DNA from: Wickerhamiella versatilis
Taxonomy: Eukaryota
NCBI GenBank assembly: GCA_030867685.1
Contig: JAQOWU010000007.1
Coordinates: forward strand, 2,542,001-2,606,000
Direction: 5' to 3'
DNA length: 64,000 bases
The notes under the pieces are model-generated. The model was not told where the DNA came from. It was given only the letters and a program-made list of their open reading frames with translations, and made no database searches. The translations under genes and the position numbers were made by a program. Positions 43,263 to 52,516 of this stretch are shown here, one piece after another (position 1 is the first letter of the stretch; each line of letters starts with the position of its first letter).

Positions 43263-44612
43263 TCAAACAATAGTGAATAAATAGTTGCGTGTGAGCAGCT
43301 GTCGACAACCTAGAAATGTGACAGCACTGGCAGTCATAAGTAGTGCGCAGTAAAGCTCAGTCCAAAACCAGCCATGATTCAACTCCATCATTCCGGCAAA
43401 AGAAGGGCCGAAGATGACTCCAGTCCCTTCGAATAAAAATAGGAAGGCCATGCGAATACCCAGACGACTAAAGTCACTTGTCAATGAAGCAACCATGGGT
43501 CCTGGTAAACTCATGGTGGGACCTGTGCTGCATCCAAAGAGTATTCCAAGAGTAATGATTGCTCCTTCAGATTGTGCTGGTATCCAGCACCATGCAATTA
43601 TTGCCGAGCAAATCAATGTAAAAGCAAGCACATTAGCCTTACCATAACTTCCTGAGACCAAACCGAACACAATCCTGCCCACGGCTGAGCCCACATTCAC
43701 AATTGCCGTAACAAAATACGGATATTGTTTACCAGGATGTTTGGAAAGTGCATATGACTCGAAATGGAAGAAAAAAGTGATGATTCCTGCAAAGGCAAAT
43801 AAGTTAGCCACCGAGAACAGCATGAACTTAGGCTCATCAAAGCATTCAAATGCTATGAGTCCCGCTTTTTGATTTGGTATCGAGCGCTGCCTTAGTATGA
43901 TACACATGATCAAGGATGTCCCTAGTTGTACAAATGCTGTAGCTCGAGTAGCCCAGGTAAAGCCCACGGTATCTATTAGCTTCCGAGCCATACAGGAATA
44001 AATCACGGCACCTAATGCAGCACCAGATGTACCAATACTCATGGCCAGAGGTCGCTTTTTGGAAAAATAAGGGGCTACACACCCGAGACTGACGATATAA
44101 AATATGCTGCTATTAACGCCAACAAATGCACCGTGGACTAGCATAATCGACCAAAAGCTTCTACAGAAGCTAGCAAGAAGCATCAAAGCTAAGAACTGCA
44201 GGAAAGTTGCAGCAATAGCTAGTGGCTTCATATAGCCCAGGTCCATTGGGTATGCGAAAATGATTGTCCCAAAAAAGGAGACAGAGAGTGCAAGGGCTCC
44301 AATCCACGAAATATCTCCCGGAGACCTATTAGATAAAAAAGAAGACTCATAATATTCTTGGTAGACGCCGAACATGTTCACAATACCCCAACTATTCATA
44401 TTAAGAATCCAGCATGCAACAACCTGAAGCCACGGCACTAGTCCACCATCGGGTGGTCGGGCCATTTCAGGCGCTGCTTCAGGTTTTTTCCCATAGTGAC
44501 CAAAATCTTTCTCATCTTGATCGGTAGATCGACTTCGCCTTATTTTAAGATCCGAAAAATCATTACTAGTATCACAAACGCCTTCAATAAGAACTGAATC
44601 CTTAAAGAACAT
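43263..44612 (-). CDS. MFS monocarboxylate porter family (MCH4/MCH5-like)
   Basis: PPDGGLVPWLQV, WGIVNMFGVYQEYY, ISWIG, YFSKKRPLA, VGFTWATR. Confidence 0.9.
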   Translation of the reverse strand: MFFKDSVLIEGVCDTSNDFSDLKIRRSRSTDQDEKDFGHYGKKPEAAPEMARPPDGGLVPWLQVVACWILNMNSWGIVNMFGVYQEYYESSFLSNRSPGDISWIGALALSVSFFGTIIFAYPMDLGYMKPLAIAATFLQFLALMLLASFCRSFWSIMLVHGAFVGVNSSIFYIVSLGCVAPYFSKKRPLAMSIGTSGAALGAVIYSCMARKLIDTVGFTWATRATAFVQLGTSLIMCIILRQRSIPNQKAGLIAFECFDEPKFMLFSVANLFAFAGIITFFFHFESYALSKHPGKQYPYFVTAIVNVGSAVGRIVFGLVSGSYGKANVLAFTLICSAIIAWCWIPAQSEGAIITLGILFGCSTGPTMSLPGPMVASLTSDFSRLGIRMAFLFLFEGTGVIFGPSFAGMMELNHGWFWTELYCALLMTASAVTFLGCRQLLTRNYLFTIV

Positions 44613-45020
44613 AATAAATCTTCTTACAATGCAAATACAAATATATTATCAGCGTTGCGGGTGTGAGTCTTTCTGGTACAGTTAGAATGAGTAAGCATAG
44701 CTCATCGGGCGTTAACGGGGGCATGGGTCAAGAGCCGAATTACGGAATAGTCACGAGAGGAAGTTTTTCGAAAATTTTCGAATCACAGAGGAATGAATAT
44801 TCTTATTATGACTTCCCATATCAATACTGGAGAGCTGGAGTCTCGTGACCAGCAAGGCGGGCATCCGTAAGTTGCATATCTAGGTGAGTGCATGAGATAT
44901 ACAGCATTAAAGCTCCTAGCGGTCTATCACGTAGTTTTAAACTTCATTAAGTATCCAATTATGTTGTAGCGAGTCTGTACCATCATTTCTCCAAGGTTAG
45001 GGTTATAGCACGGGGTGCGG

Positions 45021-45047
45021 GGGATCGGTTGGCCAATGCAGGATGGC
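45021..45047 (+). repeat. Degenerate 41-bp repeat
   Basis: gggatcggttggccaatgcaggatggc. Confidence 0.65.
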
Positions 45048-45196
45048 TAACTTTTGACTAAGGCCAAAAATCGATTGCCTATTTTCTCCCGAGTTGTGAT
45101 GCTCGCTAACTAATAGTTGGCATTGACAGCCGAGGTCCCTTATACTACATGGAGTGTACACAAACCGCAAAATTATGCTATAGATTCACGTAATAA

Positions 45197-45691
45197 CTAT
45201 GAATATTGAAATTCGAAGAGCTTCATGGGAGTGAGCGATAATATTTTTTCCCAGTCAATAGGATCAGTGATTAGTTCATCAAACACAAGACAGCATTCTC
45301 GGACAAGTGGATAATTCTCATGCTCTGTGTGAGGCCAATCACTTCCATAGAGTAGCCTACTTGCACCGATGGGCTGCAATATCCTCCTCGCCACTTCCTT
45401 TGCCAACTTCAAAGCCACTGTATAGGAACTTGAAAGACGGTACCACGCAGATATTTTCACCCAACCTCTTCCCGATTCAGCGGTCTTCAAAAAGTATTGG
45501 AATCCTGGACAATCTAGGCCTTTATCGTCACTGATTTGCCCAAAATGATCAACTACAATATTAACATCGGCCTCAGTCAACATAATGGCATACATATCGT
45601 TTGTAGCATTGTAATCCACAGTATACAATACATCAGCGACAGTTAGCAGTTGGTTCGTAAACACGCGGGCATGAGTATCGACTTCAGCCAA
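45197..45691 (-). pseudogene. Bacterial-type amidohydrolase (LigI/Amidohydro_2-like) with internal deletion
   Basis: N-terminal VDTHARVF joined closely to VVDHFG, WVKISAWYR and LLYGSDWPHT; TTG start; much shorter than the usual fold. Confidence 0.8.
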
Positions 45692-46179
45692 TTGTTAAGT
45701 TCGAGAGGAATCAATGGGCATCAGAAGGATACTGTAGAGATGTATCGTAAGGTAATTGGTTCTCTAAGTGATCGGACTGACGCGTACCAAATATCAGGGA
45801 GAAGCCAAGGGTGAATTAATAAAGAAGTATGTGGTTACTTTTTTACCTCTGTAGAAAATAGGTTAGACAAATTTACAAGCAAAAAAATCCGTATTGCTGA
45901 TTTGCTTGAATACAACTGGGATCTGTCGTTAGTCAGGTGAAATGTTTCGTCCCCAAAACCACACATATCTTGATGCAGCTCAGCTTAGTGAGCACATCGG
46001 GTTGAGCTAGCAACTGCATCGCTATGAGAGAGTTATAACCTCGCTTTTCTCAACCTATCACATTATGGAGTGCTATTGCTACTATAAATTTAGCAATTAA
46101 AATAGCCATGGATGGGGATAATGACGCCTCGGTTCACCATGAGGACCCTATGTAAAAAAGTTTTTATATAGAAAAAAGC

Positions 46180-46200
46180 TGGACTATCTTGCATTGTCCA
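46180..46200 (-). repeat. 41-bp repeat, partial
   Basis: tggactatcttgcattgtcca. Confidence 0.8.
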
Positions 46201-46738
46201 GCCCGCTATCCTTTCTCAATGGCCACGAGCATCACCCGTCACACACATATACCGTTTGTAATCGCCATCTAATTGGGTATCTCATCCGAGACTTATCTTA
46301 TCTTCTGTTTACAAATCGAAACCTTGCTGAAATCACTGCTCCCACGTATTAATCACGGGTATATAGGAGGCGAAAAGCGAGGACGATGAAACCTTCTCTT
46401 GGGTTCATATATAAAGCGCTTTCATTTAGAAAGTGTTGAAAGAGCTCTAGTGTTTACGGAGATGGTCTTAATACCCTTGACCTGTCTTTCATCGCCTAGT
46501 CAAAGTAAATGTTACAAGGTAGCGGACCTTGAAAAATATAAATTGTGATTAAAAAGTTGCGGTAGATTAAACCTTATCGTCAGAATACTGGAGTACCTGA
46601 TGCACCAGGCTGCTTGATTTGAGGCAGTATAGTTCCACATCGCCTTAGATAGTGGACCTGTTAAAAATGATGGAGAGATTTTAAGAGAATGGCCTATTAA
46701 GGGGAACACCACAAATTACGAAATAGTGGACAAATCTC

Positions 46739-48319
46739 TCACACAACCCGCATCTTTCCATATAAGTGCCCCTCTGAGAGTTCACCGTCGTCGCTCCAAG
46801 TGCCATTTTCAAAGCGCTGAAGCGGGTCGCAAGGCGACCTCAAGCGCCGTTCGCGAATCCTATCAATCATCCAGCCTGAAGTTGCCTGCTTGTAAAACCC
46901 TTTCTTCCTGGGGTTCATTGCAGCACCGCGATATATCACACCAATTTCAAGTTGACAGTGGCCTGGCTCAAAAACCCACATGACACACTCCTGGTCATCT
47001 TCGCACTCCTTAATACACCTTTCTTTGCTAATTGCGCGCTCATCTTCGTCCCAAAACATACGAGCGGTTGCTCCTTCCCAGGGTCCGCCGTAATGTTGCA
47101 AAATCGCATTCCAATTGTCGTGCTCCTCAACAACGTAAGGCATGATGAAATCGCGGTATATATCCACGAATGTAACATGGCTCACCGAGAGCGGTATGGT
47201 TTGCTCATATTCATATATGAGGTCAACTTCGGCAGACTCGAGATGGTGCCACGAGATATATGGCATGCACCATCCTTCGGAAGTAACCGCCACATCTCTA
47301 GTATTTGATCCCTGGAACGGGGTCTCATAACGAGCATATCTACCCCATGGCATCTCGACGAGCAACTCGTCTACGTACTGAAACAACATCACAGCAACTA
47401 ATGCGTCCCCTGCTATATTAGGATCTGCTAAATCCATAAATTCGTCTAGCACCATATCCATTCTGCTACGATCGGCATGAGGATCTGGCCCAAACATCGC
47501 ACTCATAGCCCCCCGGCTTACAGCTACCCCAGAGCCGCCGTGTGCAAATGGTATTGGTACACTCTCGCCCTCCTTATTACGAGCTCTTTGTTCCCAATCT
47601 GCAGCGCGGCCAATATAATGAGGTTCAGAAGAGTTATATCCCTTTAAAAGCTCGAGCAGGCCTTTCTGCATAACATACGAGTCGGCATCGATGAATATAA
47701 ACCATTCCATATCCGGTGGAGCATTCATCCAGGCATGGGCAAGCATAGGCACATTCTTGTACTTGTCTAGGTGCCACCCTGGATAACCCTCCACCTCATC
47801 CAGCTGCCACATCCATTTACCTTCCACAGCCTCTCGAAGGTCAAAATAGCTGCCAAGGTTTGGGCGGTGCTTTTCAACTAGTTCCTCTGGCATCCACTTC
47901 AGGATATCAATAACCTTGACGCCACAAACCTGAGCCTCAACATCCGCATAGATGGCGCTATGTGGCCATCTTTGGAGTGTCGTATGTATATGGACAGGGA
48001 GCCTGCTGTGAAGAACCGTGGCCCCTGTTTTCAGCATCATGAACACCTTGTAGGCATAAGGGTCAAGAGGCCCCTCCACGTGGCTCGGGCCAGAAGCATT
48101 GCCTCCATAGTAAAACAAAGAATTCTGTGGGGTGTCTTGGCTAACTCCCAATCCAATATTTTTCCCTGGTTTAAAAGTTTCCACCGGACGCCCTGGGCCG
48201 GCATGTTGACCGCGCTGGAGAGGATTCTGTCTAAGTACATGCGAGTTTCCAGCTAAAAGTATGATGACAAGAGCCACCAACACAATCGTGGTTAAAAACT
48301 TGATTCGCCTGGTGAACAT
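46739..48319 (-). CDS. GT31/Fringe-like glycosyltransferase, type II membrane protein
   Basis: N-terminal anchor, KTGAT..RLPVH, GWHLDKYKN, WFIFIDADSY, FAHGGSG, SWHH; ATG at 48319. Confidence 0.85.
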   Translation of the reverse strand: MFTRRIKFLTTIVLVALVIILLAGNSHVLRQNPLQRGQHAGPGRPVETFKPGKNIGLGVSQDTPQNSLFYYGGNASGPSHVEGPLDPYAYKVFMMLKTGATVLHSRLPVHIHTTLQRWPHSAIYADVEAQVCGVKVIDILKWMPEELVEKHRPNLGSYFDLREAVEGKWMWQLDEVEGYPGWHLDKYKNVPMLAHAWMNAPPDMEWFIFIDADSYVMQKGLLELLKGYNSSEPHYIGRAADWEQRARNKEGESVPIPFAHGGSGVAVSRGAMSAMFGPDPHADRSRMDMVLDEFMDLADPNIAGDALVAVMLFQYVDELLVEMPWGRYARYETPFQGSNTRDVAVTSEGWCMPYISWHHLESAEVDLIYEYEQTIPLSVSHVTFVDIYRDFIMPYVVEEHDNWNAILQHYGGPWEGATARMFWDEDERAISKERCIKECEDDQECVMWVFEPGHCQLEIGVIYRGAAMNPRKKGFYKQATSGWMIDRIRERRLRSPCDPLQRFENGTWSDDGELSEGHLYGKMRVV

Positions 48320-48744
48320 AGCCGGGAAAGCCACGCGCGCGTCTCTCTGCTGATCCTTAATAATTACCAGGGTCTATATAATAAGATAGTTCCCTATTCT
48401 AGAGCAACTAAAATATCGCAGTATTGATGAGTATCTGATGATATATGTAACTGTCGAGGCAATACAACACCTCCTGACCTGTGATTCCACGATGATTATT
48501 ATCAGGTAAGGGTTACGAGCCGGGGGGAGAGGTTGGAATACGCCATTGACAAGGCCTCACATGCCATTAATGTCTTATGTATTAACCGATAGAAGCCATT
48601 ATGGCTTTCTAAAATAAATAATGTGTATAGAGGTGTTTGTTCGTATGTTTCTTTTGTTGGAGTGTTGATACCGTGTTCGAATCACCCTAGCCCAGTTTAT
48701 ATCATGGAAGCTGATTAGCACAGTATGTTACCTGTTCCAATCCC

Positions 48745-50270
48745 ATGCTTGACGAGAAACCGGTAATTATTGCATGTGCATGTCCATTCTAAGGAGATGT
48801 CTCGCCCATCCTGGAGCTTAGTCGCGTTCTCATTTGTCGGGGATACGAAGTAACGGTAGTAACAGGGACGACATTCAAAAATAAGGTAGAAGCAATTGGT
48901 GCTAACTTTGTGCCTCTCAAAGGCAGGGCGGACGTTTCAGAGTATGATTTCAACAGCAGATTTGCCGGTCGTTTAGAAGTTCCTCCTGGATTGCCTCGTC
49001 TTAGTTTTGATTTTCGTGAAATATTCATTGGGGCATTGGTTGAGCAGTATGATGCGTTACAGATAGCGATGAGAATTGCACATCGGGAAAAAACAGTGGT
49101 AGTGTCTCAGATGTTTTTTCACAGGCGTTCATCCTCTCAAGCTTGGCGCTCCAGGCATTAAGCCTGATGGACTCATCACTATTGGTATATGTCCAATTCT
49201 GGGACATAGTCTTGAGGCTCAAAGTAGCATGAGAGTGAATGATAACACTGCACATAAGTTGGGAGAATCCCAGGTGAATGGCATTAAAGGAGCATCAGAC
49301 CAATATTTTGCACCTGCCCACAGCAAGCATGTTGAGCTTTCGAAACAAACCGGCTGCAAGAAGCACCCACGATATTTAATGGAACAGAGTTGCTATGGTG
49401 GAGACGTTTGCCTCCAGCTGTGCTCTCCATCCTTCGAATACCCACTAACCAGCCTGCAGACCCCTACTGTTAAGTTTGCAGGTCCATTACCTTAACCCGC
49501 GACCCCTATATCTTCCAGTGTTCCAGAATGGTGGATCAGATGCTTTCTGCTCGCAAAGTTGTCATGGTTTCACAGGGAACAATTGCCACCGACTATACCC
49601 ATCTGGCTATTCCCACCTTGGAGGCTCTGAAGTCTGAATCAGACATATTTGTTGTCGCTCTCCTTGGCCGTCGTGGAGCCACGTTATCTGAAAACTATCA
49701 AGTACCGTCAAATGCCCTGGTCCTGGATTTTTTCCCATATCAACTTTTGTTTTCTCTCATGCCGATGCATTCGTTAGCAACGCTGGATATGGGGGAGTTC
49801 AGCAGAGCATCTGTCATGGTGTGCCAATGGTGCTGGCAGGATCCACAGAGGACAAACCATTCGTTGCTGAACGGGCTGAATGGGCTGGTGTAGGTATCAG
49901 TCTCAGGACAGGAGAGCCCTCTTCAGAGCAGATAAAACATGCAATCGACCAGATCTTGAGCCAACAGAAATATCGACAGCGTATTGATGAAATCAAGAAG
50001 GAAATAGTGGATTACAATTGTCATGATATTCTGGAAGATACAATTAAGGAAATGGTTTATTCAAGTTATGTAAATGCTGCACGGGCGGAACAGGGGGGTG
50101 AGGGTGGTTTCGAGACGTTTATGCCATTGACAGAGCGCACATTAGGTGAGCTCGGCAAGATATTGACCCATTATAAGTGCCAAATTTGTAGTGCTGAAGT
50201 TCAACTGGAAGAAGAAGAGCACAAATGTCACAGCATGCTTCAAGAATATATAGGAGATACAACCACCTAA
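48745..50270 (+). pseudogene. GT1 UDP-glucosyltransferase pseudogene resembling Starmerella sophorolipid UgtA1/UgtB1
   Basis: MLDEKPVIIACACPF*GDV.PIL...RGYEVTVVTG..F..KV...GA.FVPLKGRAD; LQLCSPSFE; WW..MLSARKVVMVSQGT; EDKPFVA.RAEWAGVG. Several stops and frameshifts. Confidence 0.85.
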
Positions 50271-50429
50271 ACCCGATTCCACATGCCTAACCGTTGGATC
50301 TTGACAAGCAATGGATGCTTAGACCAGATTATTGATTTTCCTGCAACTAGTGTAACCGCCTAAAACTCTTTTTGGACACAGCAACCCATCAAATATAGGT
50401 TCGGTCGGATAGTCAACGGGCCGATGTGT

Positions 50430-50492
50430 CTGGTTGGACAATGCAAGATAGCCCACATCACTACCTGAGACTGATCGGGTGATGCAAGATAG
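50430..50492 (+). repeat. Tandem ~1.5-mer of the 41-bp repeat
   Basis: ctggttggacaatgcaagatagcccacat-cactacctgagactgatcgggtgatgcaagatag. Confidence 0.95.
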
Positions 50493-51369
50493 AAGACTCC
50501 CTATATTAAATTGGTCTACTAATTCATCTTATTATTTTCGGAGAATTTTCTCAGTCTTTTGGCTCTTACGTACTCAACTCCTGTCTGAAGGTGATGAACC
50601 AGACTTATGATGACATCGCTCGAAAAGCAAGCAAATATTATCCAGAGAATTTTGTAAGATAGCAACATTGCTGCAATCATCAAAAATATACCAGCAACAG
50701 TATCTATGGCAAATGTCGTGGGCTGCGTTGAGCAAAGAGGTCAGATGGAGAGTAAGGACGATAAGAGCCTGGATTCTGAGCCTAGGCATTCTGGTTAACT
50801 TAGGAGAGAGGACTTCTTTCCGGTAGCATTTTTTGTTTCTCAGAAATGTCAAGTACTTATGACCTCGATTCCCTAGTTTACATCCGTTGCATTATACTAA
50901 TTCATAGACTTCTACTCTAGAGCTGTTGGTGAACCAATATTGGTCCTAGGGTAGGCTTTTCAATTACGCCATCAACCAGTGCTTCTCGTAGTCGGTAATC
51001 ATTTTCTGATATTTGCGTACGCTAGTATCAATCTGCGTGACTTGGTATTCGCATTTGTTCCTGTGGTGCTGACATATTGTCCGGCAGTTTAGTAATGTTA
51101 AGCTGCACAGTGAACTCCGGACCCGCATCACGTTTGTAGGTCCTTACCCATATCTGTGAGGTCGGAGGTAAACTACACTAGCAGAGTTTAACACCCAAGA
51201 TGAGGAAGCGTAAGGAAGAGAGACGCATCGTTGTGACTATATCTAACGGCAGAGATTTAGGAGAAGCTTATAAAGAGTAAGTGAGGTACCGAAAGTAGTT
51301 TTGCGAGGCATCAAATAACAAAGGAAACCACAAGATATATAAAGGTCATACCTGTGGTATATTGTAGTT

Positions 51370-51780
51370 CTAGATATCTGATCCCACTTCAGCCTCCTTC
51401 TGGCGTCTGGCAGTTTGTGCAATCCAATCATTAAAAGAGCCTTTGTAGTTATACCTTTGGACATATCCGTATGAGAGGGCAGCTCGCTCTGCAGCTAAAG
51501 CCCGGTTACCACCCTGACAATAAAAAAGTACAGGTCTGTCTGACAGGGGCTTTACAACATTGTATTTACGAACAAAATCAGAGGCCTCTAATCCCAGCGC
51601 TTCAGGATCTGATCGGAAAGGAACATTAATGGCACCAGGAACATGGCCTGAAGCATATTCGTCTGGCTCCCTCACATCAATAATGGTGATGTCTCCAGGT
51701 GTTTTGAGCCAATAACAAACATCATCGTAGCTCACTTCAATTGCTTCTCCAGATGAACGAAAATCAGTAGAAGGAGACAT
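51370..51780 (-). CDS. Single-domain rhodanese (RDL1-like)
   Basis: IIDVREPDEY..GHVPGAINVP, FYCQGGNRA, YKGSFNDW. Confidence 0.92.
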   Translation of the reverse strand: MSPSTDFRSSGEAIEVSYDDVCYWLKTPGDITIIDVREPDEYASGHVPGAINVPFRSDPEALGLEASDFVRKYNVVKPLSDRPVLFYCQGGNRALAAERAALSYGYVQRYNYKGSFNDWIAQTARRQKEAEVGSDI

Positions 51781-51924
51781 GGCTATTTGCTGATGAAAGG
51801 AAGCGGTAGGAAGGTCAACCAGGAATTATATAGAGTGAGATAAGCAATGCAGTGTAATAGGTAATATGATTTGTCAGACATGAGCATCTCTCACAGAACC
51901 CTAGCTGCAATAAGCGGTCAGCAC

Positions 51925-51956
51925 ACCCGAGACTGGTTGGACAATGCAAGAATAGC
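51925..51956 (+). repeat. 41-bp repeat copy
   Basis: acccgagactggttggacaatgcaagaatagc. Confidence 0.9.
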
Positions 51957-52162
51957 TCAATTAGTAGCACAGAATGCAGCGTGAAAGGCGACTGGGAAAT
52001 ACTATTTACCATGCACTGATGGACTGCTATCGTGGGTTGGAGCTTCTCTCTCTGCTATATGAATCTCATTAGACTGTAGTTCATGGAATCCATCAGAGGT
52101 ATCCCCTTGAGGGTTAAGCGCTTCTTCGAGCAGATATTGGCATATTTCAAGCCATAAATTGT

Positions 52163-52196
52163 GCTACCTTGCATTGTCCAACCAGTCTCAGGTAGT
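52163..52196 (-). repeat. 41-bp repeat, near-full copy
   Basis: gctaccttgcattgtccaaccagtctcaggtagt. Confidence 0.95.
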
Positions 52197-52516
52197 TCAA
52201 TTGCTTTGGATCTGGACTGATTAAGGCTTTCTATAACACCCCCGTATCAGTTAAGCCTCGGTGTCGGCCAATCAGCCAATCACAATGATGGGAATAAGTA
52301 GATATCGTAAAACGTAGCGTTAAGCTCAAAAACAGGTACGAAACCATCTTTAATATTTATTATATATTTCGTTGCATATCTGTCAGGTTAATATGAAGGT
52401 AAAAAAATAAAATTAGCGGAGTTGGGCATACACCGAATACCCTTAACCTCGATTAAGATAAACGAAATCGTACTTGGAACTCTGGAGATTGGTGTAATCT
52501 GAGCTCAGCATTTACG

